A stretch of DNA of 64,000 bases from assembly GCA_021734445.1 (NCBI GenBank), contig JAIPIY010000001.1, positions 185,306-249,305 on the forward strand. The letters are read 5' to 3'. The notes beneath the pieces were generated by a model that worked only from the letters and a program-made list of their open reading frames with translations, ran no database searches and was not told the DNA's origin. Made by a program: the position numbers and the translations under genes. Positions 20,222-29,625 of the stretch are shown in pieces; the first letter of the stretch is position 1, and every line of letters starts with the position of its first letter. The DNA comes from Minisyncoccota bacterium (GTDB taxonomy: Bacteria; Patescibacteriota; Minisyncoccia; Phycocordibacterales; UBA1006).

Positions 20222-21391
20222 ATGTCATCAAAAGAATTTTATACAAACCTTCCGGCCAGCCCAAAACACTTTGTCGATATCGTAGAACAAGAACACGGTG
20301 TGCCGTTACCAGACTCTTGGCACATTATTGTCACTGACGTCGAAGATTCCAGTGCACAGCTAGAACACTATCAACAGGTAAATATTCTCGCTGCAAGCAG
20401 CGTGGTATCGGTTTTGAATATTGTTGAATCACATCAATTACAAATTCCTTTTATTTACGGTGGTGATGGTGCAACGTTATGTGTTCCCGAAGAAACTCTG
20501 GCAGAATGTTTAGCAACATTACACGCATTAAAAAGTCACGCCTGGAATCAATTCAAAGTTATCCTACGTGTGGGGCATGTACAAATATCTGACGTACGAG
20601 CGCGTGGTCACGAAGTGTCTGTAGAAAAATTCCGCGTTAACCAAGCCTACACCCAAGCAATATTTTTTGGAACAGGAACCTATTTTGCAGAACGTCATGT
20701 CAAAGACGATACCACAACACAAATGTACAATGGCCCATTGGCAGTCAGTTTAGATTTGCATGGATTAGAATGCAAATGGTCTGAGATTCATCCACCCCTG
20801 CACACCGAAGAAGTTATCGCATTAATCATACAATCAACGGAAACAAAAAATTCACAGAGCGTCTATACAAAAATCCTTCGTGATTTGGATACCATTTATG
20901 GAAACTTTGAACAACGTCACCCCGTTGATCATGCACAACTGACCCCAACAAAAGATTTACGAACAATTTTGTATGCGTCACGTATTAAATTTGGAAAGAT
21001 AAAATGGAATTATATTTTCTATTGGTCTCTTCGTGGATTCTTTGGTCCATTGAAACAAAAATTTCAATATATGTTTCGTCTGGGAAAATATAAACATCTT
21101 GAAATCAGTGCAGATTTGATGACCGCCAGTGATACATTAAAGGTCAGTGGAAACCTGATGACTATTTTTGCAGGAACTCATGAAATGCGTAAAAAATTTT
21201 TTCAAATATTAGATGATATGGAAAGTCTAGGGATTATTTATTATGGTCATTCAATATCAAAAACCGCAGTGATGACCTGTTATATTGATCGCGGAAACAG
21301 TACCCATATTAATTTCTTGGATGGATTTGGTGGTGGATACAGTCGGGCCGCATTGGAATTAAAAGCAAAAACAAAACAGGCAAAAAAATAA
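20222..21391 (+). CDS. DUF3095-like protein (predicted nucleotidyl-cyclase-like fold)
   Basis: The N-terminal pattern FY..LP...F.DIV....VPLPDSWHIIVTDVEDSSAQLE..YQQVN..AASSVVSVLN matches, from memory, the conserved DUF3095 N-terminal region. Not verifiable here. Confidence 0.45.
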   Translation: MSSKEFYTNLPASPKHFVDIVEQEHGVPLPDSWHIIVTDVEDSSAQLEHYQQVNILAASSVVSVLNIVESHQLQIPFIYGGDGATLCVPEETLAECLATLHALKSHAWNQFKVILRVGHVQISDVRARGHEVSVEKFRVNQAYTQAIFFGTGTYFAERHVKDDTTTQMYNGPLAVSLDLHGLECKWSEIHPPLHTEEVIALIIQSTETKNSQSVYTKILRDLDTIYGNFEQRHPVDHAQLTPTKDLRTILYASRIKFGKIKWNYIFYWSLRGFFGPLKQKFQYMFRLGKYKHLEISADLMTASDTLKVSGNLMTIFAGTHEMRKKFFQILDDMESLGIIYYGHSISKTAVMTCYIDRGNSTHINFLDGFGGGYSRAALELKAKTKQAKK

Positions 21392-21428
21392 CCCGACCGC
21401 ATAGTGCATGCAGTCGGGTCTATTCATT
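21392..21428 (+). terminator. Weak terminator hairpin cccgac...gtcggg + tctattcatt
   Basis: 6-bp GC stem followed by a T-rich stretch after the 21391 stop. Confidence 0.35.
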
Positions 21429-21636
21429 GATGACTCTTTAATCATCAGAAGGAAACATTAATCTTACGGGGTAGAAAATAAACCCCGGATAAGATTTTTC
21501 CATTGTATAGAATGCAAAGGGTGTAAACCCAAATACCTTCCAGAATAAGATTTGAACAACTTCTGCAAAGAGCTTCATGGCGGGTGAGATTAGTTTATTT
21601 CACCATATCAAAAAACAAACAATCTGACAAGATTCT

Positions 21637-22149
21637 TTACCTTCCTCGGGAGATTAAATATTTCTTAGGGTTATCTGACAAATCAATAAAATCATCAACT
21701 ACTTCACGTAATTTTCCTGATGTCGATTTTCCAAACGAAGCAACCTCTACCTGGATAGCATGAATCTGAAGATATTTTACCAACGGCACATAATCTCCGT
21801 CACCAGAAACCAATACGATTGCATCTACTTTTGGTGCAATAGTAATTGCATCCACAGTTAATCCAACATCCCAGTCACCTTTTTTTGCTCCACCAGAAAA
21901 TATCTGTAGATCTTTTGTTTTTGTTTCAATACCAATTTTAGTTAATGCATCAAAAAAACCTTTTTCATCTCCTGCTTCGGATGTAATCACATACGCGATT
22001 ACACGGACAACTTTTCTTCCGGCAACAGCTTCTTTTACAATAGCACCAAAATCTACTTTTCGTTTGTATAAATTTTTTGCACTGTGATATAAATTTTGTG
22101 CATCAATAAAAACAGCAACACGCTGTTCTTTGTGTTTAATAATACTCAT
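21637..22149 (-). CDS. NYN-domain (LabA-like) predicted RNase
   Basis: VAVFIDAQNLYHS... DVGLTVDAI... DAIVLVSGDGDYVPLV are classic NYN/PIN-like acidic motifs. Confidence 0.8.
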   Translation of the reverse strand: MSIIKHKEQRVAVFIDAQNLYHSAKNLYKRKVDFGAIVKEAVAGRKVVRVIAYVITSEAGDEKGFFDALTKIGIETKTKDLQIFSGGAKKGDWDVGLTVDAITIAPKVDAIVLVSGDGDYVPLVKYLQIHAIQVEVASFGKSTSGKLREVVDDFIDLSDNPKKYLISRGR

Positions 22150-22270
22150 ATATAAAAATTATGTTTTTAAAAAATCTGCTTACAGTATACCAAACAATCC
22201 CAATAATAAAAAAGACCTCTATGCACAATAAACACAAATGCCACCAATTTGGTGACATGTGCAAGATTGA

Positions 22271-22537
22271 TTATCGTTTTAGATCCAATTCTTTTAGTAC
22301 TTTTTTGTACATTTTTTCGTCGTGTTTTTTCAAATATTCCAAATGTTTTCTTCGATCAGCAACCATTTTCAAAAGACCTCGTTTAGAATGCAAATCTTTT
22401 GCATGAGTTTTCAAATGAAGTGTTAATTCGTGAATCTGTCGAGTCAACAATGCAACCTGTACAGCAGAAGAACCAGTATCCTCGTCACTGACTTGGAATT
22501 TTTTAATGATGTTTTGTTTTACTTTTTTCGTAAGCAT
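22271..22537 (-). CDS. rpsO: 30S ribosomal protein S15
   Basis: 88 aa: MLTKKVKQNIIKKFQVSDEDTGSSAVQVALLTRQIHELTLHLKTHAKDLHSKRGLLKMVADRRKHLEYL. The longer track ORF (to 22732) is read-through, so the start is placed at the internal Met. Confidence 0.9.
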   Translation of the reverse strand: MLTKKVKQNIIKKFQVSDEDTGSSAVQVALLTRQIHELTLHLKTHAKDLHSKRGLLKMVADRRKHLEYLKKHDEKMYKKVLKELDLKR

Positions 22538-22599
22538 GAGTGTATCATAGCATAGATAACGTTTTTTTGCAAGCCCTAATATGAGGGTAATGTGTATAT

Positions 22600-22636
22600 A
22601 AAAAAGACCCCCGAAGCGTGTTAGCGTCGGGGGGTG
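22600..22636 (-). terminator. Minus-strand rho-independent terminator or attenuator about 60 nt upstream of rpsO
   Basis: On the minus strand it reads cccccgacgctaacacgcttcggggg followed by TCTTTTTTAT. Whatever minus-strand transcript precedes it would end here. Confidence 0.5.
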
Positions 22637-23405
22637 ATGGCGATTGCATTGCGGTTCAAAAACCAGCAAGCGGGCGCTCATCGGGTCTACTCGAACATAA
22701 GGTGCCTCTCGTAAGAGGTCTCGTCTTAACAAACTTGTGTATTGTTTCTTCGAAAAGAAATCAACTGGGGGATCAGCCCAACCACAAGATGATCGGTAGT
22801 CGTTTTAAAAATGATTACCAGTGCATATAGTTTTCCGGTCGAGGATTCCGCAGTACCCTTTTGGTCACTGCGGGGTTGGATGTGAACTTGATTTGCTGTG
22901 CTATTTAGCTCTCTCTCGAAGAGAAACTTCAGGGTGGTCAGCCCGCGCACGACCTTTTGTAAAGAGCATTTTTTTACTTTGCCGTAAAGTGTTTGGCAGA
23001 CAAAGTAAGGTTAGTACCATGAGAGGATTTTCCTCTCACTTTATTCAACTCCCAGGCCAAGACGGCAGCGGGATAAAAATGAGACGAGAGTTTTTGTGAT
23101 TTTGATGCTTTTTGGTGTGAAGCTGTTACACCTTTGGATTTTTAGTGCTACATGCGCACAACGAAGCAATCGCTGTATCACACACTAAAAATCCTACGCT
23201 TTCTTTATTAAATGCATTACCTATCACAAAGAACACCTCATCTCTGGATACAAGTATAGCATATCCACAAGATTTGTCAAGCAATTTTCTGCTTTTTATT
23301 ATTTTCTTTTTCCAAATCCTAAAAAACTATTATAAAATAAGGATTTTTTCACTGTATAAAAAAATCACCCCGCCGTTCGCAAACGACAGGGTGGTGGGAT
23401 TCATG

Positions 23406-23969
23406 TTAGATTCCCAATATTTGATACTCTCGTGTTCTGATGATTCCAAAAATAGATGCTGGAACCATCTTTTTTACACGATCATAATCATGTTCGACAA
23501 TCGCCCGCTGAACAGCATCCAGCGTTACTCGCGACCTCCTTTCTCCTTTAACCAAAAAATTCTGAACCTCTGGAAAAAGAAACTTTGAAAAGAAGATCTG
23601 AAGCCTCTTTTTTAGGTATCCCCAACTGTATGCAGGGATAACCCCATACACACAATCTCTGGCACCAAAACGAGAAGCAATTTCACTAGGCGAGAAAAAA
23701 TTTTTAGAATATCCTTCAACCGAAATCAACGGATTTTCATATCCTGCCTCTGCAAGAAAATCCTCGACCATAGCGATTCTCAGTTCGTGCTTGTATAAAT
23801 ATGTTCCCATGGGTTCATTAGGCACCACGATGATCAAATGAAAGCCTTCTTGTTTGGAACAATGTTGCAAGATTCTCAGCATTGCACTATCTGATTTTGT
23901 GAGTGGATCAAATTGATTCACAAATAACACTTTATTTTCTGTACCACTGGGCAAGCTTTGATTTTCCAT
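23406..23969 (-). CDS. Cytidylyltransferase-superfamily protein, NadD-like but with a degenerate HxGH motif
   Basis: N-terminal VLFVNQFDPLTKSDSAML resembles GGTFDPxHxGH with H.GH replaced. The C-terminal VTLDAVQRAIVEHDYDRVKKMVPASIFGII resembles the NadD ISSTxIR...VP..V region. Confidence 0.3.
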   Translation of the reverse strand: MENQSLPSGTENKVLFVNQFDPLTKSDSAMLRILQHCSKQEGFHLIIVVPNEPMGTYLYKHELRIAMVEDFLAEAGYENPLISVEGYSKNFFSPSEIASRFGARDCVYGVIPAYSWGYLKKRLQIFFSKFLFPEVQNFLVKGERRSRVTLDAVQRAIVEHDYDRVKKMVPASIFGIIRTREYQILGI

Positions 23970-24065
23970 GATTTCCAGTTTTTGGTGAAACTTTGAAATG
24001 AAAAAGAACTATCTCCATATAACCAAATATACTCTACAAAGTCAAGAAAAAATTGTAATATCTAA

Positions 24066-25038
24066 ACACTTCTGGCACTTTTTACTAAAATTAGTAAATG
24101 TCAGTACAAATGCCAAAAACTACACAAGAAGAACGATTACGATGGATATTACCCATCATTAACAAAGAAATGAAGCTCATTGAGGTAGCCAAGATATGCC
24201 CTCATTCACCCCGAAGTTTAAAACGATGGAAGAAGGCATATGATCTCCATGGAATGCAAGGACTCATACCACAAAGTACAAAACCAAAGACTCACCCGAA
24301 TGAAACCCCCATACGTATCAAAGAACAGGTCATTGCAAAGAGAAAAGAGACCAAACTCTGTGCATTGAAGATACATTGGAAACTTAAAAAACAAGGGATC
24401 ATTGTTCCCATCAGTACCACAAGTAAAATCCTCAAAGATGCAGGGCTTGTGAAGAAATACCGAACCAAGAAAATCAAATACAAACATATTAAGGTACAAC
24501 GACAACCAGGAGAACTCGTCGAAATTGATGTCAAACATGTCCCTGGTGGCATACAAGGCAAGAAATACTACCAATATACTGCCATTGATACTGCATCACG
24601 ATGGAGACATCTCGAGATATTTGATCAAGAGAGTACGTTCCACTCAGTTTCCTTTTTAAAGATGGTGATGCAGAAATTTCCCTACACCATCAAAGCAATC
24701 AAAACAGACAATCACGCTACGTTCACAAACTACTACCTTGGTACCAACAAACGGAGTGATGTGACCGTGAAGACACTCCATGCTTTAGATGTGTTCTGTA
24801 TGGAAAACAACATGGTGCACTACCTCATTGATCCAGGAAAGCCAACCCAAAATGGTACCGTTGAACGAAGTCATGGTGAAGACAATCGAAAGTTCTACCA
24901 GCAAGAGTCATTCTCTTCAGTGCATCAGCTCAAAAACAAGATTCGTATTTGGAATACCTATTACAATGATCTTGAACATTGTAGCTTAGGTGGAAAAACT
25001 CCTAATGAGGTGTTAGAATTAAAGTGACAGAAGTGGTT
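24066..25038 (+). mobile_element. IS481-family insertion sequence, about 0.97 kb
   Basis: Imperfect terminal inverted repeats acacttctgGcacttt (24067-24082) and aaagtgaCagaagtgg (25021-25036; 15/16 match) bracket a single DDE transposase gene. The right IR overlaps the ORF stop. Confidence 0.6.
24098..25027 (+). CDS. IS481-family DDE transposase (HTH + rve integrase core)
   Basis: N-terminal HTH (LIEVAKICPHSPRSLKRW) and an rve core containing ...YTAIDTASRW...IKTDNHATF...NGTVERSHGEDNR... Confidence 0.85.
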   Translation: MSVQMPKTTQEERLRWILPIINKEMKLIEVAKICPHSPRSLKRWKKAYDLHGMQGLIPQSTKPKTHPNETPIRIKEQVIAKRKETKLCALKIHWKLKKQGIIVPISTTSKILKDAGLVKKYRTKKIKYKHIKVQRQPGELVEIDVKHVPGGIQGKKYYQYTAIDTASRWRHLEIFDQESTFHSVSFLKMVMQKFPYTIKAIKTDNHATFTNYYLGTNKRSDVTVKTLHALDVFCMENNMVHYLIDPGKPTQNGTVERSHGEDNRKFYQQESFSSVHQLKNKIRIWNTYYNDLEHCSLGGKTPNEVLELK

Positions 25039-25101
25039 AGAGAGGACAAAATTACCCCCGCCAAGAATGCATGGCAGGGGTACAATAGGTGCAAATAAGA
25101 C

Positions 25102-25506
25102 TCATTCATTTATATTCTCGAAACACATCAATTCAATAAATGCTACCAATTGGGTCTTTGTTGTGTGTCGATGAGTATCCTGAAGATACGTTTCCGTATC
25201 TCGATCATTTTCGGTACGGAATTTGTGCGCCAACGTATGAATTGCATATTCATACGCCTGCTGATAAAAATCATTTGCCGACTGTCGCGACATTCTACTT
25301 GATTCATATGTACAATAATCGATAAACTGATCAAAACATTGCTTTACTTGATCATTATTTTCATATGTCACACAATCTTCAAATACAGATAGTACCTCTA
25401 AAAATGAGGATTTACACGAATCAAATGCAATTTGCTGTTCTGATTCCTGTGCGAAAACAGAAAAAGAAATGCAAAAAAGGGTCAAGGTAAACCAAGCTGT
25501 TTTCAT
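25102..25506 (-). CDS. Small secreted Cys-containing hypothetical protein
   Basis: Signal peptide MKTAWFTLTLFCISFSVFAQ. 6 Cys. Confidence 0.4.
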   Translation of the reverse strand: MKTAWFTLTLFCISFSVFAQESEQQIAFDSCKSSFLEVLSVFEDCVTYENNDQVKQCFDQFIDYCTYESSRMSRQSANDFYQQAYEYAIHTLAHKFRTENDRDTETYLQDTHRHTTKTQLVAFIELMCFENINE

Positions 25507-25730
25507 GGTGTATGGGTTTGAGTTCAAAGGGCAAAGGTTAATTTATCTACATGAAATCATGTTTCAAATACAAAGTCAATGAGGGTATTGACAAACTTTG
25601 TGAGTATGCTATAATACGTTACAAGTTCGTAGTACTTTGAAATACAGCTTTGAAACAGTATCGCTCGTTTTTTTCGCAAAGATTGTTGAAAAAACGAGCG
25701 ATATTGCTCGAACTTCAAAAACCTTTCACA

Positions 25731-26348
25731 GTGAAAACATTCACCATCAGTCCTGACCTCAAGGTCACAAAGGGAATTGCCGTTTCCCTTGACGATAACG
25801 GCAAACTTGTTCTGAACCTCGGGGGAAAGAAGCGCATGCCAATCTTCCAAGGGGATATCGATGACGTGGCCAGTGGTCGGGTATCTAATCTTCACGCCTG
25901 GATCAAAGAGGGCAAGTTTCTCGAGCTCTACCGCCAAGACACCGACCCAGCAAAAATGGCCAAGAGCGATGCTCACGGCATCCTGGTCAAAGTTCAGGAA
26001 CCCGGCTTCCTCAAGGAGCCGAACCTAGGCAAGCGTCAGTGGCTTCAGAACACCCACAAGATGGGTGGCAACGAGGCGTTGATCCTGATGCGGTTCAATG
26101 ATGATGGTGTGTTGGCCTTTCAGGCTGGCGACCGCCATTTCGTAGCATCGAATCAGCATGCCGGAGTCCTGGTGGCCATGGACGGCCAAGCCTACAACAA
26201 GATGGCACGTGCTGCCATTAAGAAGGCCGAACCGTCCCAGGCACTGACCCAGCAGATCCACAAAGTCTGCCAGGAACGCGCCAACCAGTCGGCCAAGTCC
26301 GCCTCCAAGAAGGAGGTGGGAGATGCAGAACTGAAGAAGGTCGCCTAA
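25731..26348 (+). CDS. Hypothetical protein encoded by a markedly GC-rich (about 55%) gene; start uncertain
   Basis: The open frame 25650-26348 has a 5' part that is a 15-bp-stem hairpin (25659-25703), so the start is more likely GTG 25731 or ATG 25836. Codon usage is G/C-ending, unlike the host genes. A strong terminator follows. Confidence 0.5.
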   Translation: MKTFTISPDLKVTKGIAVSLDDNGKLVLNLGGKKRMPIFQGDIDDVASGRVSNLHAWIKEGKFLELYRQDTDPAKMAKSDAHGILVKVQEPGFLKEPNLGKRQWLQNTHKMGGNEALILMRFNDDGVLAFQAGDRHFVASNQHAGVLVAMDGQAYNKMARAAIKKAEPSQALTQQIHKVCQERANQSAKSASKKEVGDAELKKVA

Positions 26349-26367
26349 AAACGACTGACCTCAGTTG

Positions 26368-26403
26368 CCCCGTTACGCGCAATTCGCGTAACGGGTTTTT
26401 TTA
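26368..26403 (+). terminator. Rho-independent terminator cccgttacgcg-caatt-cgcgtaacggg + TTTTTTT
   Basis: Perfect 11-bp stem plus T-run directly after the 26348 stop. Confidence 0.65.
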
Positions 26404-26454
26404 TTTCAGAATTTATAAATTATGTACACCCCTTATACAAACAAATAAACATCT

Positions 26455-26685
26455 ATAACCCCCTCTTGGTCTCCCCCTTGAAAAGGGGGATAGGTAAATG
26501 AATTTACTAGTTTTTCCTCCCCTTGTGAAGGGGAGGGTTAGGGTGGGGTTTTTCACTTCATAGCCACTCCTGTCATTCCCGCGTAGGTGGGAATCTAAAA
26601 AATAATATGCGTAATTACAAAAACAAACCCCCGTATGAATTGTGGGCGGGTCTGTCCCCCCTCAGTATATTTTAGAAATCAACAA
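26455..26685. repeat. Composite GC-rich palindromic intergenic repeat element, copy 2
   Basis: tctcccccttgaaaagggggata, ctccccttgtgaaggggag, gtcattcccgcgtaggtgggaatc and gggcgggtctgtcccccctcagtat appear in the same order and with the same end as copy 1 at 12040-12256. Confidence 0.55.
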
Positions 26686-26708
26686 AAAGAATATGCTACA
26701 ATAGCAGT

Positions 26709-27635
26709 ATGAAAACCCTCCAAGAATGGAAACGAGAATTTCTTGAATATTTGGAAATCGAAAAAGGTCGAGCCATAAAAACAATTCAGAACTATGATCA
26801 TTATCTGACTGTTTTTATCAATCAGACAAAAGTCACCACACCCGAAGATGTCACATCTCCATTGGTTCGGGATTTTCGACTGTGGTTAAATAGACAGTCA
26901 TCAGGAAACAATCGCGCCACAGGTGCGACCATGTCAAAAAAAACTCAGAATTATTATTTGATTGCTATTCGTTCTTTTCTCAAATACATGACAAAACATG
27001 GTTGCAAAACAATGTCTGCAGATCAAATAGAATTAGCAAAAATAGGAGAACGATCTATTGATATTATTTCTGATACAGAATTACAAAGATTATTAGATGC
27101 ACCAGATGCCGAAGAAAATACTGAAATCAAATACCGAGACAAAGCAATTTTAGAAATGCTTTTTTCTACAGGGTTACGTGTATCTGAATTATGCTCTTTG
27201 ACCAACGACATTGATTTGTCTCGTGATGAATTTTCTGTACGCGGAAAAGGTGGCAAAGTTCGTGTAGTATTTTTATCCCCTGATGCAAAAACTGCCTTAC
27301 AAAAATATTTCAAAGAACGCAAGGATTTTTCAGATGCACTATTTGTCAGCGTTTCACAAAATAAAAACAAGGTAGATGCGAACAAAGGATTAGATAGAAG
27401 ATCTATTGAACGTATTGTAAAAAGATACGCAACTCTTGCTGGTATTACAAAAAAAGTAACCCCCCATGTTATCAGACATTGCTTTGCTACAGACCTTCTA
27501 TCCAACGGAGCTGACATTCGATCGGTGCAGGTAATGTTGGGTCATGCCGATATTTCAACCACCCAGATTTACACGCACGTTACGGATGCAAAACTAAAAG
27601 AGGTACATCAAAGATTTCATGGGAAGAAAAAATAG
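26709..27635 (+). CDS. Tyrosine site-specific recombinase (XerC/XerD-like)
   Basis: N-terminal SAM-like core-binding domain. The C-terminal catalytic motifs include the arginine in ...TGLRVSELCSL... and ...HVIRHCFATDLLSNGADIRSVQVMLGHADISTTQIYTHV (H-x-x-R ... Y). Confidence 0.85.
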   Translation: MKTLQEWKREFLEYLEIEKGRAIKTIQNYDHYLTVFINQTKVTTPEDVTSPLVRDFRLWLNRQSSGNNRATGATMSKKTQNYYLIAIRSFLKYMTKHGCKTMSADQIELAKIGERSIDIISDTELQRLLDAPDAEENTEIKYRDKAILEMLFSTGLRVSELCSLTNDIDLSRDEFSVRGKGGKVRVVFLSPDAKTALQKYFKERKDFSDALFVSVSQNKNKVDANKGLDRRSIERIVKRYATLAGITKKVTPHVIRHCFATDLLSNGADIRSVQVMLGHADISTTQIYTHVTDAKLKEVHQRFHGKKK

Positions 27636-27655
27636 AGAATTGTTTCCAGGATAAC

Positions 27656-28414
27656 CTATTTTTGGATTTGCCTTGCACCCAACCAAGCAAGTTCAAATAT
27701 TTTTCTTTGTGCATCAGTTATTTCTTTACTCTCTACAACAACTGCAAATTTTTCTTTCCAGGAAATTACCAGCAACTTATTATCATAAATATTTGTTTCT
27801 GTCGTAAAATAAAAATCATTTTTGGGAACCAATAGTGATTCTCGTAAATTTTCTTTATCATATTTTATAATTTCTTTACTGACTTCATCATCGGGTGCAA
27901 TAACCCTGACCTTGATATTTCTAGATGCTTTTTTCTTTGAATATTCTTTGAAATATTCTGGATCAATTGCATCAAACATACTTGTTCCAACAGCATAGAC
28001 CAGTATTTCAGTTTTTGATTGTAATGTATCTTCAAAAGCTTCTTTTATTTCTTGTATTCCTGTATAAAATTTTACAGAGGGTTTCTCTTTTTCATAAAAC
28101 AGAGATAACAATTCAGGTAACAGCGTAACAGCATTTTTTAGTTTTTTTTCTTCTTGTTCAAGGCTTTGTTCTAAAAAAGAAACTAATTTCCGAGGATTTT
28201 CTGCTATAAATTTTTGTATTTTTGCATTATTTTGAATCGTGACAACTTTTTTTCTGATAAGGTTTTCCAAAATATCGTAACACGTGGTACGATTTATTTT
28301 TGATTTCCTGGCAATAACAGTTGCCGTAGCAGGCCCCAATTCTAATAATGCCAAATATACATCAGCTTCACGAGAGCTAAAACCCAGTTGTATTAATTGT
28401 GATGAAGTAACCAT
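27656..28414 (-). CDS. TrmB-family transcriptional regulator
   Basis: N-terminal wHTH LGFSSREADVYLALLELGPATATVIARKSKINRTTCYDILENL plus the TrmB C-terminal domain. The start is placed at the internal Met. Confidence 0.7.
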   Translation of the reverse strand: MVTSSQLIQLGFSSREADVYLALLELGPATATVIARKSKINRTTCYDILENLIRKKVVTIQNNAKIQKFIAENPRKLVSFLEQSLEQEEKKLKNAVTLLPELLSLFYEKEKPSVKFYTGIQEIKEAFEDTLQSKTEILVYAVGTSMFDAIDPEYFKEYSKKKASRNIKVRVIAPDDEVSKEIIKYDKENLRESLLVPKNDFYFTTETNIYDNKLLVISWKEKFAVVVESKEITDAQRKIFELAWLGARQIQK

Positions 28415-28774
28415 GGCTGCATTATATACTATATGACATATATTGTCGATTAATATCCACACATATTTTTATCTATTTAGATATTATAAAATAATGGTTT
28501 ATTGATATTCTGATATAATTTTGTCGTATATAATTGACAAATACTTATTTTATTACTATAATAATAGTGAACTTAATGAACCTTAAAAACAAAAAAATGA
28601 ATCCAGAAATCTTAAATGACGTTAATATTGATACCGTGCTTAATGCACTACTTATTCACTTAATTGTAACTACTATAATTATTAGTATTTTGACGAGTGG
28701 TCCATCTAAACCAAAAGATAAGAACGAGGAAGAGGATTAATATAAACAATCTTTAAACTAAAAACAGATTTAAA

Positions 28775-29485
28775 ATGAAAACCATATTTGTATCACTCTT
28801 AATACTTTTATTATTAATACTAGGTACTCTTGTTTTTGGTGTACTTATATTGAGAAAGCCTGACATCTTTAAAAAACTAATAAGAGAATCCAAGTACAAA
28901 TTTCGAAATACAGAGATTTTTGTTACTGTCGGAACTTTTCTTATGGGAGACCTTCTAAGATCAAACAATGATAAATTCACCATTGATGATCTTGTATTAC
29001 AAGACATCTCGAGCAGGAACTTGTTGCTGAAGCCCTATAAAAAACTACAAAGATACCAGCTCGTACCTTTAACCTTGGACAAAATTGGAATTGTTAATAC
29101 TGAAAAGAAAGACTTTTTCAATCTTGAGGAAATTTATCATGAGGCAGAGCTCCATGGTTATGGCGTCATTCCTGACATTGTTGCTCTTCATTTTGTTAAT
29201 TTCTATAGTGCAGAAATTCTTTACTATGGAAACGCCCAACTAAGGTCGAACTTGGCAATCCATCCCGTTCGGTGTTTTATACCATATCCTATTTTCTCTG
29301 GTTACTCTAAGACTATCTGGTCCCTCTCTGCCAATAAAAAAAGTGAAAAGGTTCGCTTGATTCGTAGTGGAGATGCAGGAAGTATTGATATGAGCAACAG
29401 ACAAGAAATAGAAAGAATTTGGTGGTTTGTTCAACTAAAGAAACCCTGGACGGATGAATTGAGAGACTTTCTTAGAAACGAATGA
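28775..29485 (+). CDS. N-terminally membrane-anchored hypothetical protein
   Basis: TM segment IFVSLLILLLLILGTLVFGVLIL. Preceded by a 300-bp AT-rich region and followed by a terminator. Confidence 0.45.
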   Translation: MKTIFVSLLILLLLILGTLVFGVLILRKPDIFKKLIRESKYKFRNTEIFVTVGTFLMGDLLRSNNDKFTIDDLVLQDISSRNLLLKPYKKLQRYQLVPLTLDKIGIVNTEKKDFFNLEEIYHEAELHGYGVIPDIVALHFVNFYSAEILYYGNAQLRSNLAIHPVRCFIPYPIFSGYSKTIWSLSANKKSEKVRLIRSGDAGSIDMSNRQEIERIWWFVQLKKPWTDELRDFLRNE

Positions 29486-29501
29486 TTATTGACCTCATCA
29501 G

Positions 29502-29531
29502 AGCCTGACCAAATTGGTCAGGCTTTTTTAC
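29502..29531 (+). terminator. Rho-independent terminator agcctgacc-aaatt-ggtcaggct + TTTTTT
   Basis: 9-bp stem plus T-run after the 29485 stop. Confidence 0.55.
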
Positions 29532-29625
29532 TGAGACATAACCAGATACTTGAATTACTATTTTAAAAATTAGCCAGCGACCATTTTTTCTTTTCCCTTG
29601 TTCATTCTCGTGATACTATGTACAC

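Noticed and set aside
22271-22732. Longer 153-aa version of the rpsO ORF, and the longer N-termini of comM, rny, the Fur-family gene, the ZIP gene and mgtE
   Set aside because: The conserved protein families begin at internal Met codons. The extensions are AT-rich read-through or overlap upstream genes and terminators.
22560-23100. Considered tmRNA (ssrA) or RNase P RNA for the GC-rich ORF-free stretch upstream of rpsO
   Set aside because: I could not find the GGAUUCGAC-type tmRNA 5' signature with a matching tRNA-like 3' end, a plausible tag reading frame ending in AA-stop, or the RNase P P4 strands (GGAAAGUCCGG / ACAGAACCCGGCUUA), on either strand. It is left as an unclassified candidate ncRNA or leader.
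25557-25976. ORF 25557-25976 (-) overlapping the GC-rich plus-strand gene
   Set aside because: The plus-strand frame has the consistent GC-rich codon signature and a terminator. The minus ORF's N-terminal similarity (QYRSFF..RKKRAIL) arises from the 15-bp inverted repeat.
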